Notes: generated by a model not told the origin, from the sequence alone. 64,000 bases of DNA from an uncultured Poribacteria bacterium (GCA_951813565.1 OX638351.1:4704001-4768000); one strand, 5' to 3'. Positions 8,224 to 19,980 are shown, counted from the stretch's first letter. A program made the numbers and translations.

Positions 8224-9513
8224 TCAAGTCGTATCTGAATGTTGAAGCACCGCATCAAGCTGATCCATCACCTTGTGAAATGCTTCAACGTAATAAGACA
8301 TCAACTCAAGGTCGTTGGGCGGATTAACATCAAAGATGTAGCAGTGAGAGTCAATGAATTCAACGGCTTTAGGATAGTCCTCAGTCTTGTATTCAATAGT
8401 CGATTGATTGCATCGCCACGGGCAGCCTGTGCCGTAACCGATCCGGTTCTGGAAAATCTCTTGAGATGGGACAGGGAGTCGCTGCCACTGTCCAGATGGA
8501 ACACCCTCAGCGCGTAGCGCCGTTTGTATCTTCTCGCGCAAGGTCCGTGCAGGAATATCTAATCCCAACGCCTCTGGATTGAAACCGATGACATAGTTGT
8601 AATAAACGGGTTCGCATTCTTTTGGGGTAACAGGCGTCTCGATGCCATCAATTTCACTTAGATGTTCCGTGAGATAGTGGCAATTCTTGATTCGCATTGC
8701 ATTGTTCGCATCAAGCCGCTTGAGTTGGCTACGGATAAACGCTTGACTGAACATATCCCCACGATACATCCATCCGAGTCCATACGCGTTGTATTCCTGT
8801 TCCTCGCGTTCCCTACCCGGTACGACGATCTCCCCAAAATACTGCAACAACGCTGCGTGCTTGTAAATTTGCTCATCATCCGTTGTGAACAAACCGCCTT
8901 GACAACCGCTACTCAACGTCTTTGAGGCTTGGGTGCTATACCCCGCCGCGTCTCCGAACGCGCCGCAAGGTTTACCTTTATAATGTGCGCCATGTGCCTG
9001 CGCGACATCCTCAATTACTTTCAGATTATGTTTTTTTGCAACCTCCAGAATCGGATCCATATCGGCAGGCATACCGTGAATATGAACTGGCAGAATCGCG
9101 CGAGTCCGTTCGGTGATTTTCGCCTCAATCTCATTGGGATCAATACAATAGGTTACAGGGTCAATATCAACAAAGACAGGAATAGCGTTGTGATGGAGGA
9201 CGGCTGCTGCCGTCGCCCAGAAAGTGAAGGCGGGAACAATAACCTCATCGCCCGGTTCAATACCGACACCCGCGACACACAGATGCAACGCAGCGGTCCC
9301 ACTGTTGACGGGGATACAATACTCAACACCCATGTATTCCGCCCATTCCTTCGCGAGACCTTCGGATTGAATTCGTTGCTGTTCAGTAATTCTTTCGGAT
9401 GCGATAACCTCGGCAATCGCGTCCCTATCAGATTGGGTAACCTCTGGCCACGGTTGAATTAATCCATTAGGGACAGTCTTTTTTCCACCAGATATAGCGA
9501 GTTTTGCTGCCAT
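8224..9513 (-). CDS. DegT/DnrJ/EryC1/StrS PLP-dependent aminotransferase
   Basis: VNSGTAALH, PGDEVIVPAFTF, IEDVAQAHG, STQASKTLSSGCQGG. Confidence 0.92.
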   Translation of the reverse strand: MAAKLAISGGKKTVPNGLIQPWPEVTQSDRDAIAEVIASERITEQQRIQSEGLAKEWAEYMGVEYCIPVNSGTAALHLCVAGVGIEPGDEVIVPAFTFWATAAAVLHHNAIPVFVDIDPVTYCIDPNEIEAKITERTRAILPVHIHGMPADMDPILEVAKKHNLKVIEDVAQAHGAHYKGKPCGAFGDAAGYSTQASKTLSSGCQGGLFTTDDEQIYKHAALLQYFGEIVVPGREREEQEYNAYGLGWMYRGDMFSQAFIRSQLKRLDANNAMRIKNCHYLTEHLSEIDGIETPVTPKECEPVYYNYVIGFNPEALGLDIPARTLREKIQTALRAEGVPSGQWQRLPVPSQEIFQNRIGYGTGCPWRCNQSTIEYKTEDYPKAVEFIDSHCYIFDVNPPNDLELMSYYVEAFHKVMDQLDAVLQHSDTT

Positions 9514-9561
9514 GAACGACCTCCTTATATAGAGGTATATGTACGCTACGGTGCAGTAGAC

Positions 9562-11022
9562 TCATAGATGCGTGATCGCCTTTGGAATCCGCTTTAAAAC
9601 TTCGTTTCTACCGAGCAGCACGACAATATCAAAAAGACTCGGTCCGAACGAGGTCCCCGTTAGCGCAATCCGCAACGCCTGCATCGCCGCGACGCGTTTG
9701 ATGTTGTTCTCGTCTGTATACTTCCAAATTGCGGTTTCAATCGTTTCTATTTCAAACGTAGGGATTTCTTCCAAAATCTGTCCGAGATTTGTCAGAATCT
9801 CACAAGTTTTTTGCTTCTTCTCATCCGAACCTCCCCACCATTTCTTAACCGCTTTCGGTTCATACGCAAAGTCATCCATAAAGAAGTAGCGAGTCTGTGG
9901 AACAATATCTTGGAATGTTGTGAGCCGTTCACCCACTGCCTCAACTATTTCCTCAAGCCAGTCGCGTTTTGTAGTGGAATCCACCAAACCTTCTTGTTCC
10001 CAGAACGACATCACCGCGTCTGTCCGTGCTACCACATCAAGCTGGTTAATATAGTGAGAGTTGAGCCATTCCAGCTTCTTAATATCAAAGACACTGCCAC
10101 TTTTACCAACACGCTCAAGATCAAATTTCTCGATGAGTTCATCAACAGAAAAGATTTCCTGCTTGTCATCGTAGGACCAGCCGAGTCTCGCAACGAAGTT
10201 TAACATCGCTTCAGGAAGATACCCCTGCTCACGATATCGGTTGACAGCGACAAGATCACCGTGATGGCGTTTACTGAGTTTCCTACCGGAGTCGTCAAGC
10301 ACCAGCGGAATATGTGCGAATTGGGGTAGGTTCAAACCGAGAGAATTGGCAATGGCAATCTGTTTCGGTGTGTTGTTGAGGTGTTCCGTTCCACGAATTA
10401 CATGTGTAATCTGCATCTCCGCATCGTCAACAATAGAGGTGAGATTGTAGTTCGGCATGCCGTTTGAACGGACAATCACTTCGTCCTCTAAGGTATCGGG
10501 ATCGATATTGCGTGAACCGAGCACGAGGTCCTCAACAAGGATCGGTGTGTCAGGCATTTTTATGCGGACGGTTGGTTTTCTGCCCTCGGGGACAAAGCGT
10601 TCCACTTCCTCCGATGTCAGGTGTCGGCACCTTCTATCGTAGGAACGAGTCTGCTTATCAGCACGAGCCTGCGTACGGATCTCTTCAAGTTCTTCAGGTG
10701 TGCAGTAGCAGTGATATGCATTGCCACTTGCGAGCAATTGTTCAACGTGACTGTCGTAGATATTCTTCCGCTCTGATTGGACATACTGTTCGTCCCAATT
10801 GATGCCCAACCACTTCAACGCATCGTAAATCTCGTGCATGGATTCATCGGTGGAACGCGCCGTGTCCGTATCGTCAATACGGAGAATGAATGTGCCGTTG
10901 TGGTGTTTGGCAAACAACCAATTAAACAGAGCCGTTCTTGCACCGCCAATATGTAAGAAACCGGTAGGAGAGGGCGCCATACGGACTCTAACTTGGTAAT
11001 TTGGAACAGATGTTTCGTTCAT
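9562..11022 (-). CDS. gltX: Glutamate--tRNA ligase
   Basis: [23 protein letters not shown] 11022 overlaps the glnS stop (ATGA). Confidence 0.95.
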   Translation of the reverse strand: MNETSVPNYQVRVRMAPSPTGFLHIGGARTALFNWLFAKHHNGTFILRIDDTDTARSTDESMHEIYDALKWLGINWDEQYVQSERKNIYDSHVEQLLASGNAYHCYCTPEELEEIRTQARADKQTRSYDRRCRHLTSEEVERFVPEGRKPTVRIKMPDTPILVEDLVLGSRNIDPDTLEDEVIVRSNGMPNYNLTSIVDDAEMQITHVIRGTEHLNNTPKQIAIANSLGLNLPQFAHIPLVLDDSGRKLSKRHHGDLVAVNRYREQGYLPEAMLNFVARLGWSYDDKQEIFSVDELIEKFDLERVGKSGSVFDIKKLEWLNSHYINQLDVVARTDAVMSFWEQEGLVDSTTKRDWLEEIVEAVGERLTTFQDIVPQTRYFFMDDFAYEPKAVKKWWGGSDEKKQKTCEILTNLGQILEEIPTFEIETIETAIWKYTDENNIKRVAAMQALRIALTGTSFGPSLFDIVVLLGRNEVLKRIPKAITHL

Positions 11023-12761
11023 TTTTGTCCTTTCTGAATTTTTGCCCAAGAATCTCGCAGCGGTACTGTACGGTTGAATACTAATTTTTCTGGCGTTGTG
11101 TCTGAATCAACACAAAAGTATCCTATCCGCAGGAACTGATATCGATTTTCAGGCGGAGCATCGACAAGACTCGGTTCCACTTTGCAGTTATCAAGAATCT
11201 CTAACGAATCTGGATTGAGGAATTGGATCCAGTCAGCACCATCCGCTGAATTTTCAGGTTCGCGTTCTGTAAAGAGCGAATCATATAGGCGCACTTCAGC
11301 GTTAACAGCATGTTCAGCAGAAACCCAGTGCAGTGTGCCTTGCACTCGCCGTCCGTCATCAGACCAACCGCCACGCGTCTCAGGATCATACGTACAGTGA
11401 ATTTCAACAATTTCATCTGTGTTTTCATCTTTAACAACGTTTTCGCAGGTAATATAGTATGCATGCTTAAGCCGAACTTCGCGCCCTGGTGCTAATCTAT
11501 AAAATTTTCGTGGGGGGTCTTCCATAAAATCTTCACGTTCAATATAGATTTCTCGTGAGAATGGAATTTCCCTTGTGCCTGCATTTTCATCTTCGGGATT
11601 ATTATCGGCATCAAGCATTTCAACTTGTCCATTAGGATAGTTGTCAATAATCACTTTAACCGGATTGAGAACAGCCATGACACGAGGTGCCCGTTTATTC
11701 AGATCATCTCGGATAGAGTATTCAAGTTGTCCTATTTCAATGAGGTTATCGGCTTTTGATACACCGATACGGTTGCAAAAATCTCGGATAGATTCTGGTG
11801 TATAACCGCGACGTCGCATTCCCGCAAGTGTAGGTAATCTTGGATCATCCCACCCGTTGACGTGTCCTTCCTCAACAAGTATTTTGAGTTTCCGTTTGCC
11901 AAGCACGGTATATGTAAGGTTCAACCGAGCAAACTCAATCTGTCGAGGCTGATATATTTCCAATGATTCCAAAAACCAATCGTAGAGCGGACGATGATCT
12001 TCAAATTGAACATCACATAAGGAGTGTGTTACGCCTTCAATAGAATCTGATTGACCGTGTGTAAAATCGTAGGTGGGATAGATACACCAATTGTCCGCGT
12101 GCCTGTAGTGATGTGCACGAAGGATACGATACATCACAGGATCGCGCATATTCAGATTCGGGCTTGCCATATCAATTTTTGCACGAAGGGTACGAGAACC
12201 GTCTGGGAATTCATCATTACGCATTCCATTGAACAAAGTTAGATTTTCTTCAACAGGACGGTTACGGTAGGGACTATCTTTGCCGGGTGTCACTAAAGTG
12301 CCGCGATAAGTCCGCATTTCATCTGGTGTCAGATCGCAGACGTAAGCTTTCTCTTTTTTTATCAGTTTGACAGCATATTCATAGAGTGTCTCAAAATAGT
12401 CGGAGGCGTGGAATTCGCGTTCCTCCCAATCAAATCCGAGCCAATACACATCGCGTTTAATAGCTTCTACGTATTCGCTTTCTTCAGTGATAGGATTGCT
12501 GTCATCAAATCGGAGGTTGTAAAGTCCGCCATAATCTTCGGCGATGCCGAAACTAATACAGATAGCTTTAGCGTGTCCGATATGGAGGTATCCACTCGGT
12601 TCTGGGGGGAATCGGGTATGCACCCTACCGTCAAATCTATTTGATGCTATATCTTCTTCAATTGCTTGTCGGATAAAGTTTGTATCAGATGTATTGCTAC
12701 CGTTTTCTTGTGTATTCGTTTTGATTTTGTTTTTTTTTGAGTCGGATTTTGGATGATTCAT
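11019..12761 (-). CDS. glnS: Glutamine--tRNA ligase
   Basis: [51 protein letters not shown] before ATG 12761. Confidence 0.95.
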   Translation of the reverse strand: MNHPKSDSKKNKIKTNTQENGSNTSDTNFIRQAIEEDIASNRFDGRVHTRFPPEPSGYLHIGHAKAICISFGIAEDYGGLYNLRFDDSNPITEESEYVEAIKRDVYWLGFDWEEREFHASDYFETLYEYAVKLIKKEKAYVCDLTPDEMRTYRGTLVTPGKDSPYRNRPVEENLTLFNGMRNDEFPDGSRTLRAKIDMASPNLNMRDPVMYRILRAHHYRHADNWCIYPTYDFTHGQSDSIEGVTHSLCDVQFEDHRPLYDWFLESLEIYQPRQIEFARLNLTYTVLGKRKLKILVEEGHVNGWDDPRLPTLAGMRRRGYTPESIRDFCNRIGVSKADNLIEIGQLEYSIRDDLNKRAPRVMAVLNPVKVIIDNYPNGQVEMLDADNNPEDENAGTREIPFSREIYIEREDFMEDPPRKFYRLAPGREVRLKHAYYITCENVVKDENTDEIVEIHCTYDPETRGGWSDDGRRVQGTLHWVSAEHAVNAEVRLYDSLFTEREPENSADGADWIQFLNPDSLEILDNCKVEPSLVDAPPENRYQFLRIGYFCVDSDTTPEKLVFNRTVPLRDSWAKIQKGQK

Positions 12762-12936
12762 GAACACCTCCTGAGACTAATAAATTATACTTTCAAAATG
12801 TGTCAAAGTCAAAATTTTTGCGTTGGATGTGAGGGCAATTAGTATTTAGCCATCAAAGAAAAATGAAACCTCGCTATTAAGGATGGCGTTAAAAGTTTAG
12901 GAAGGAGTAACCTTATAACTATTAAGGGGGATACAG

Positions 12937-13140
12937 ATGTATAAAGATCCAAAACGATATACCGCTGACCGGCAACCGTTAGACGAAAGAAAATTAGATT
13001 ATTACGAATTAGCGGTGTATTTTGCAGCAGCAAAGGCACAAGAGGAAGAATTTCGTTGGGATAATTTTATTGATAACCTTTCTTTTATTTGTGACAAATT
13101 TGCATCGCATATAAAATCAGACGGTGCTTCTCAACTGTAA
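12937..13140 (+). CDS. Small hypothetical protein (67 aa)
   Basis: ATG with AAGGGG RBS in an otherwise empty gap between glnS and the yvcK-like gene; hairpin downstream at about 13177-13204. Confidence 0.45.
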   Translation: MYKDPKRYTADRQPLDERKLDYYELAVYFAAAKAQEEEFRWDNFIDNLSFICDKFASHIKSDGASQL

Positions 13141-13214
13141 ATTTGGTGAATGTCACAAGTCTCAATTTCTCTAAAGAGGGTAGTGTTTTTCAAAACCTAC
13201 CCTATATTTTTTAA

Positions 13215-14459
13215 CTAAATCACTTCGCTCAACTTCGGGTGGTTTTTGAAGATATTTACGAGATTCATCACTAACTTTTCAGGATGATGGCGTATAACGT
13301 TCATCTGCTCTCCACCTAACCACGTTCCAATTTCGGTAACAACCATGTCTCTGATTAAATCTGCTTCAACAACGGTAATGCCTTCATCTTCAAGTCTCTC
13401 CTGCTCCCGGTTATAGGAAACCTGCACTTTTGAAGCGTCCGCAACCTGGACAGTCTCAGCAGAGAGTGTTGAAATATCCTTAGCAAGATCAAGAACCTCC
13501 ATCAGATGTTCGGTATCTTCAGCCAGTTTTGAAAGCCCTTCGTCAGACAAAGAACGAATTCGGGTAAGTTGCGAAACCAACTCATTCCGAACATACCCTT
13601 GCATGATTTCTTGCGGTGCAGGTTGATTATTAACTAAAACATAATCTATCGGAATTTTGGCGTGGTTAAGAATAGCATTGACATGGTCAGTGACTGCGTA
13701 ACCATCGGTCTCTCCGGGCTGCGTCATCACATTACAAACATAAATTTTCACAGCGTTCGAACGTTGAATTGCTTCAACAATGCCTTTTATTACAAGATTC
13801 GGCATGATACTGGTGTAAAGGCTCCCTGGACCGATGATAATTGCATCCGCATTAACGAGTGCTTCCATTGCTGCCTCGTGTGCTTGACATTCATAAACTT
13901 CGTCTGGGGAATGATGTGTTTTGCCGTTCTCACGGGGTTCAAAAAACACGCGTTTAATCGGTTCCCGATTTTCGCGTGTCGGAATGGTTGATTCACCTCG
14001 GACGATCTCACCATTTGTGAGTTCGGCGCAAAGAACGGTATAATCTAAGGTAACAGGGATAATTTGTCCACGCACAGCGAGGAGCCGTGATGCAGCTTGA
14101 ATCGCTTTTGGAAAATTGCCCTGGAATTGTTCGGTCAAGGCAGTTAATAATAAATTTCCGATTGTATGTCCACCGAGGTCACCATTACTTGAAAAGCGGT
14201 ATTCCCAAAGTCCAGCAAGTTCGTCTGCATCGGACAGTGTCCATAATAGCCTGCGGATATCACCTGGCGGAAGCACATCAAATTCTTCAACGAGACGTCC
14301 TGAGCTGCCACCGTCGTCAGAAACAGTAACAATCGCTGCCAAACTATCCAGATCAATAATTTTTTCGTTATCTGTTTCCAGATTAGCATAGTACTTAATC
14401 CCACTGAGCAGTGCGGATAATCCACTTCCACCGCCAATGCAGGCAATTTTCAAAGACAT
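13215..14459 (-). CDS. YvcK/GlmR (UPF0052, CofD-like) UDP-GlcNAc-binding protein
   Basis: IGGGSGLS, VTVSDDGGSSGRL, PPGDIR, GHTIGNL, GPGSLYTSIMPNL, NVMTQPGET. Confidence 0.92.
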   Translation of the reverse strand: MSLKIACIGGGSGLSALLSGIKYYANLETDNEKIIDLDSLAAIVTVSDDGGSSGRLVEEFDVLPPGDIRRLLWTLSDADELAGLWEYRFSSNGDLGGHTIGNLLLTALTEQFQGNFPKAIQAASRLLAVRGQIIPVTLDYTVLCAELTNGEIVRGESTIPTRENREPIKRVFFEPRENGKTHHSPDEVYECQAHEAAMEALVNADAIIIGPGSLYTSIMPNLVIKGIVEAIQRSNAVKIYVCNVMTQPGETDGYAVTDHVNAILNHAKIPIDYVLVNNQPAPQEIMQGYVRNELVSQLTRIRSLSDEGLSKLAEDTEHLMEVLDLAKDISTLSAETVQVADASKVQVSYNREQERLEDEGITVVEADLIRDMVVTEIGTWLGGEQMNVIRHHPEKLVMNLVNIFKNHPKLSEVI

Positions 14460-14583
14460 AATTTCTCCAAACTACCAAGATAGTGGTTAGTATTTCTTTA
14501 TAGCAAACTTAACCACAAAATACGACTGTTGCACAGTCCTGAAAGACAAAAATATAGGACTCGTTTTGTCATAAATAACGCAT

Positions 14584-15990
14584 TTAAAGGTTTATCTGTT
14601 TCATTAACATCTTCAAGTTTTCAAGAGTCTCATCACAAAGTGCTTCTGCTTCTATTGTCGTAGGTGCTTCACTGAAAACACGAATTACCGGTTCCGTTCC
14701 CGATTTACGGATGTTTACCCATCTATCATCCCAAACGCGCTTGATACCGTCGGTTAATTCAAGAAATGGTCCGGATTGGGCAGTTGAGGTGCTCTCTTTC
14801 TCATACATTTTCAGAGCGAGTTCAACGAGTTGCGTTGCGACCTCTTGTGATGGAATCTCCAATTTTTTTCGGCACATCTCGTAGTGTGGCATGGCTTCAA
14901 CATGTGCTGACACTGTGGTATTAGATTCGGCAAGATGTTGAATAATTGCTGCGATAGAGGTAATACCATCTGTAGTATAGTTAATAGAGGGATAGATTAC
15001 CCCTCCTGTGCCTTCACCTCCGATAACAGCATTGGTTTCGTGCATTGCCTCAACCACCCATCCTACACCAACTTTCGTTCGATGTAGTGTTACGCCGTGC
15101 TTTGCAGCAATATCATCCATCATTCGGCTTGTTGATACTGTGACGACTATGTCTCCCTTTGTTTTACTTAAAATAAAATCTGCTACGAAAGCAACGGTCC
15201 ATTCGCCGCTCAATGCTATGCCGCCATCCGTAACAATTACAACCCTATCCGCATCACCATCATGGGCAAATCCTATATCTGCCCGTGTTTCACGTACCTT
15301 TTTACACAGTTCACCTAAAGCATCAGGTGTGGGTTCTGCGGGACGACGAAAATTACCATCAGGCACACAATTAATTTCAACTACCTCACAGCCCAGTTCA
15401 TGCAATAGGACTGGACTAATTACACATCCCGCACCGTTCCCACAATCAAGTGCTACCTTCAAATTGGTATTTCGGATTAAATCTACGTCAAGCCACGGTG
15501 AACTGAGAATTTGCTTAAGATGATGTTCGGTAGCATCTTTGAATACCTCAAGTGTTCCTTGCTTGTCCCATTGTGCTAAGGTAAAATCTTCAGTTTCATA
15601 GGTGTGTGTCAATTTGTCTCGTTCTGTTTGTGTCAGGAGCTTTCCAGACTCTGACGCAAATTCTATGCCATTCCACTCTACCGGGTTATGGCTCGCTGTG
15701 ATAGTAATACAACCTTGCGCGCCGAGCGTTTTCGCCATCAAAAGAACAGTAGGCGTAGGACACAAACCGACATCAATAACGTGACACCCTGTGGCAAAAA
15801 GTCCAGCAAGCACCGCGTGCCGAATCATCGGACTTGAGGTGCGCGAATCTCGCCCCATTACCACAGTTTTACCACCAACAAATGTGCCAAATGCAAGCGC
15901 AAACCGCGTGATGATACGCGCATCAAGCGAAATGCCAACCTGCCCCCGAACCCCTGAAACGCTAATTATTGGGTCTTTTGTCTTAGTCAT
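14584..15990 (-). CDS. glmM: Phosphoglucosamine mutase / phosphohexomutase
   Basis: SVSGVRG, ITASHNP, DGDADR, GGEGTGG, RKSGTEP. Confidence 0.85.
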   Translation of the reverse strand: MTKTKDPIISVSGVRGQVGISLDARIITRFALAFGTFVGGKTVVMGRDSRTSSPMIRHAVLAGLFATGCHVIDVGLCPTPTVLLMAKTLGAQGCITITASHNPVEWNGIEFASESGKLLTQTERDKLTHTYETEDFTLAQWDKQGTLEVFKDATEHHLKQILSSPWLDVDLIRNTNLKVALDCGNGAGCVISPVLLHELGCEVVEINCVPDGNFRRPAEPTPDALGELCKKVRETRADIGFAHDGDADRVVIVTDGGIALSGEWTVAFVADFILSKTKGDIVVTVSTSRMMDDIAAKHGVTLHRTKVGVGWVVEAMHETNAVIGGEGTGGVIYPSINYTTDGITSIAAIIQHLAESNTTVSAHVEAMPHYEMCRKKLEIPSQEVATQLVELALKMYEKESTSTAQSGPFLELTDGIKRVWDDRWVNIRKSGTEPVIRVFSEAPTTIEAEALCDETLENLKMLMKQINL

Positions 15991-16829
15991 GAAGCATTAA
16001 GTCTCTTTACAGTAATAGTTGCAATCTTAAATATATAGATACAAACTTTGCGGATTCTACATATTAGCCATGAAACTAAAAAACAACATCCTGCTATCAA
16101 AAGTTGCCAGAAACAGATAATATACCAAGATGGGTATGAGAAATCATAAGACGTAATCGGTGTTCGTTCATAGAGCAAAGGTGTCCTAAAAATGTCCATC
16201 CCGTCAAAGATATTGCACACGGCAACAAGCGGATTTAGGTGAAGAACAGGCTGAATAATCGGTTGAAGATTGTTGATATATCGTCCTAAGGGCATGAAAA
16301 AAAATGCACTGCCAATTAAAATGCATGACAAAAAATAGGCACACTCTGTTCCAAAGATAGCATCCTTGAAAACCTGTGTGCCCCACATGCCAATGGCACC
16401 CGTCGAAAAACTAAAAAGCCCCAAAACAACTAACATCTTCAACACTTTATCGATTGACATGCCGATAACAAAGACCGAAAAATTCGTTGATAAAAACACC
16501 CAACATAACAGCGGAATCTGACTAATTGCAAACCGTATCAAGAGGGGCTTGCCAAAAGAGATAGGGCTAAGTGATAGTAAATGCGCGGAAGAACTACTTC
16601 CGCTTTCAGATCGCACACTTAAAGCTGCTAAATAGGGCGCTACTAAAAGTACAACGAATGTCTGTGCAAGCGCAAAACATTCCGCAGACGAACCGAGTTT
16701 CGCGTGTGTCAACAATTGGTATGTCAACCATTGAAGAAAGCTTGCAATACCGATACAAACGAGGAATGTTTTCTTACTGTAAGGCTTGGCTTCAATAACA
16801 GCATTCATTGTTGCTACCCATAACTGCAC
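15987..16829 (-). CDS. Multi-pass membrane protein (ABC-2 permease-like)
   Basis: About 6 hydrophobic helices, 'HLNPL' motif; operonic overlap with glmM. Confidence 0.6.
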   Translation of the reverse strand: MQLWVATMNAVIEAKPYSKKTFLVCIGIASFLQWLTYQLLTHAKLGSSAECFALAQTFVVLLVAPYLAALSVRSESGSSSSAHLLSLSPISFGKPLLIRFAISQIPLLCWVFLSTNFSVFVIGMSIDKVLKMLVVLGLFSFSTGAIGMWGTQVFKDAIFGTECAYFLSCILIGSAFFFMPLGRYINNLQPIIQPVLHLNPLVAVCNIFDGMDIFRTPLLYERTPITSYDFSYPSWYIICFWQLLIAGCCFLVSWLICRIRKVCIYIFKIATITVKRLNAS

Positions 16830-17483
16830 TTATTCTTCTTGGAGCTCACGTCGAAGCTGCATAAGCGACTCGGCAATAGAAACAAGATTCGGATTAATAA
16901 TTAATGCCTGTTTATAAGCGTCAACCGCTTCATCAATTTTACCTAATCTGAGATAAACATGCCCCATGCCTGCAAATGCACCAAAATGATGTGAATTGAG
17001 TTTAATTGTCTGTTTACAATCTTTGAGTGCGTTTTCCCACGCTTCCAGCATAAAATAGGCGATCGCGCGTTGGTTATACCCCTCAGCAAAATTTGGTGAT
17101 GTTTCAATTACCGCGGTAAATTGTTCTACTGCTTCTGTAAAGTTTTCATTCTTAAGGTGTCTTTTACCCGTTTTGAGCATTTTGTCAACGGATTCGTCCC
17201 CTGAGCGGGACCATACGTTCCACAACGCTATTTCAGTGTTAAGGCATGCGCGAAGATCGTCATTTTTGAGGTTTTCCACTAACGCCGGAACCACGTTCAT
17301 ACCGCCGACTAATCCGAGCGCAGTGGCTGCAGCGCGACCCACCAGTGGATCTTCGTTTTGAAGATAGTCTATTAGATCGCCTTCAGAGTATTTTGATGTG
17401 AGAAGTTCTTTAAGGCTTTCTTCATCTGCTGCGTTTTTGAACATCTGTACCGCTAATTCCGAAAATCCGTTGCGTGCTGGCAT
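16830..17483 (-). CDS. HEAT-repeat plus TPR protein
   Basis: AAATALGLVG HEAT-like segment, LWNVWSRSG, three TPRs (PNFAEGYNQRA, HFGAFAGMG); AGGAGG RBS. Confidence 0.85.
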   Translation of the reverse strand: MPARNGFSELAVQMFKNAADEESLKELLTSKYSEGDLIDYLQNEDPLVGRAAATALGLVGGMNVVPALVENLKNDDLRACLNTEIALWNVWSRSGDESVDKMLKTGKRHLKNENFTEAVEQFTAVIETSPNFAEGYNQRAIAYFMLEAWENALKDCKQTIKLNSHHFGAFAGMGHVYLRLGKIDEAVDAYKQALIINPNLVSIAESLMQLRRELQEE

Positions 17484-17638
17484 GGTTATTCCTCCTTATT
17501 TCATGTTGATTATAGCATATCTTTGTTGAAAATAACAATGCAAAAGTCTATGGCTATGGTAGATTTTACAATTAGCGATATCCCTTCTATCGGCGCGCTT
17601 ACAAAGCGCGTCTACCAGTAGGCGTCTACATTTTTATA

Positions 17639-18777
17639 CGCAATAAGTCGTTTTGGACTTGGAAGTTTTTATTTTTCAGATTTCTCACGTTATACTTTCG
17701 GTGAGAAACTTTTCAAAGATGTTGGTTTCTCGGTAGTTATATTTATAGCATGCCTCTGCGAGATACAGGGGCGTGTATCTTGTTGAGTAGTGGTGGTGTT
17801 GTCCATACCATGCCCTCTTGACGAAAGACCAAAAGCCTTCCATCGTATTGGTATGGATGTCGCCAGCCTCCCATTTCTCACTACGGTTAAGTGTCTCATG
17901 TTTCATTTCCTTACCGATTTCGTTGTAGCCTCTATACTGATCAGTAATGAGTTCAGAATCTTCGGTATTGACGAATCTGTTGATGAAGTCGGAGATCGTC
18001 TCACCAGTGACGTTGGATACGAGTTGTGCGATGACGTGTCCACCACGTGCGACTGCGCCCAGCACGGCATCTTTAGCGGTGCCGCGTCCGCGTTTACGGG
18101 GTTCACCATCCTCCCGGTCATAGTCTTTGCGACGCTTACCACCGATATAGGTTTCATCTGCTTCAATGACCCCTTGTAGTAAGACATTATCCTTTCCCAT
18201 CTCTGTGCGTATAGCCATCATTAGACACCAAGCAGCTTTCTGTTTCATCCCTAAATCGCGTGCCAGTTGATAGGAGGACAAACTTTTCTTTGCGTTTGCC
18301 ATGAGAGCGATAGCGAGAAACCACTTTTGGAGCGGTATTTTCGTGCCGTGAAATATTGTGCCGTGTGTCACCTTGAATGTAGCACGGCAATCGTGGCAGT
18401 TCCAGCGTTCGACACGCCCAACCTCGTGTTCGTTCCGCCTTCGGACGTTTAGACTTGGACAATGCGGGCATTCTGGGGATTCTTTTCATCGGAGCCGCTC
18501 CAGATATTCGATGCAATCCTCTTGCGTTGAGAACGTCTTCATCACCTTGATTAGATCCATCAGAAAACACTCCTGTTTTTTGGAGTTGCATTTTTCTGAT
18601 AGTTTCTGATACAATATCAGATAAGTGTGAACCAGAAAAGCAACTCGCTTTTTTGAGTTTCAAATAGGGGGTTGATACCCCCTATTTTCTTACTGATATT
18701 ATACTATGAAAACCCTTTATTTACAAGGGTTTAGCGCACTTTTCCAACTTTTGTCAAGTCCAAAACGACTTATTCCG
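17639..18777 (-). mobile_element. IS1595-family insertion sequence (1139 bp)
   Basis: TIRs CG(C/G)AATAAGTCGTTTTGGACTTG at both ends; 8-bp TSD TTTTTATA at 17631-17638 and 18778-18785. Confidence 0.92.
17685..18560 (-). pseudogene. IS1595-family (ISXO2-like) DDE transposase with an in-frame TGA
   Basis: ATG 18560 MDLIKVMKTFSTQEDCIEYLERLR*KESPECPHC...WNCHDC zinc ribbon, in frame with EADETYIGG / ITDQYRGY / HTNTMEGFWS; TGA at 18486-18488 where Trp is expected. Confidence 0.88.
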
Positions 18778-18796
18778 TTTTTATATTTAGGCATAA

Positions 18797-19864
18797 ATGC
18801 CTCTGACACTTGTCAAAAAGTGTTTTTTCAACTACAATGTGTATGTGTACACCTTAGAACCTCTTACACCTCAAAATTGTAACGAATGGGATGCTGTTAT
18901 CCAGCAATGTCCTAATAGCACTGCTTTTCAAGCCTCTGTATGGCGAGATGCACTTGCAAATTCCTTCAAGCAACTTGATCCTGTGCACATGCTTATTAAA
19001 CAAAACGGGACGGTAATCGGTGGAATCCCCGCATTTGTGTTTGAGCCGATACCGGGTATCCGATTGTGGCATTCAATGCCGTGGAACCTATTTGGTGGTC
19101 CACAAATAATTGATGCCGCCAAAGTGGATACCGTATCGTTGATTTCAACCATTGAGACCTATCTTCAAACCGTATCATCTGAAAAAGGGTGGTGTGAACT
19201 GTGCTGGACACTTTTACCCGATGACACTTTAAAATATGGCGATTCGCTAACAGAAATGGGGTATGCACGGACAGAACGGTTTACACATATTTTAAAAACG
19301 AACGGAGATATTGACGCCCTTTGGCACGCCTACAATAAACGTGTCCGAGGTGCTGTTAGGAAAGCGCAAAAATCGGGTGTGGAGGTTACCGATACCGAAA
19401 GTGAGGCGGATTTATCCACATTTTACGACATGTATCTTACAACTGTAAAACGTTTAGGCGGGACACCGAAACCCCGCGCGCTCATGCAAATGCTTCTGCA
19501 GCACGGTATTGCCAAACTTGCTATCGCTACATATCAAGGCACTGTCATTGCAGGATTACTCTATCTCTATTTCAATCGCACTGTAACTTTGTGGTGTGAG
19601 GCTTCTGTACCTGCGTATCTACAATACCGTCCGAATAATGCAATTTTTCACCATATTATCACATGGGCATGCAAGGAAGGGTATGAATGGGTGGATTTCG
19701 GCGCCTCGCCACCGGAAAATGAAGGATTGATTGCACACAAGGAACAATATCGTGCTAAAAAAACTGATTTCTGTAGTTATACCAAGATAGTTTCGTCATT
19801 CAAAAGATCGTTGTGGACACAGAGTGAGAGTGTACTTAGGAAAATTTATACGTGGATGCAGTAG
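18797..19864 (+). CDS. FemAB-like / GNAT acetyltransferase domain protein (true start probably further downstream)
   Basis: KRVRGAVRKAQKSGV, RPNNAIF..II.WA...GY..VDFG. Confidence 0.8.
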   Translation: MPLTLVKKCFFNYNVYVYTLEPLTPQNCNEWDAVIQQCPNSTAFQASVWRDALANSFKQLDPVHMLIKQNGTVIGGIPAFVFEPIPGIRLWHSMPWNLFGGPQIIDAAKVDTVSLISTIETYLQTVSSEKGWCELCWTLLPDDTLKYGDSLTEMGYARTERFTHILKTNGDIDALWHAYNKRVRGAVRKAQKSGVEVTDTESEADLSTFYDMYLTTVKRLGGTPKPRALMQMLLQHGIAKLAIATYQGTVIAGLLYLYFNRTVTLWCEASVPAYLQYRPNNAIFHHIITWACKEGYEWVDFGASPPENEGLIAHKEQYRAKKTDFCSYTKIVSSFKRSLWTQSESVLRKIYTWMQ

Positions 19865-19980
19865 TCCGTATGTCAGTAGAGTTTGTGAAATCTGACGGAC
19901 AAAATAATACAATATAATCACATAGAAATGGAATTATAATTATGAGTCAAACAATCCCCTCCAAAAAGGAAAACTCTCTC

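Noticed and set aside
18486..18488. TGA-to-Trp genetic code reassignment
   Set aside because: Many intact genes here (gltX, glnS, AAA, sulfatase-like) end in TGA, and no other conserved gene has an in-frame TGA.
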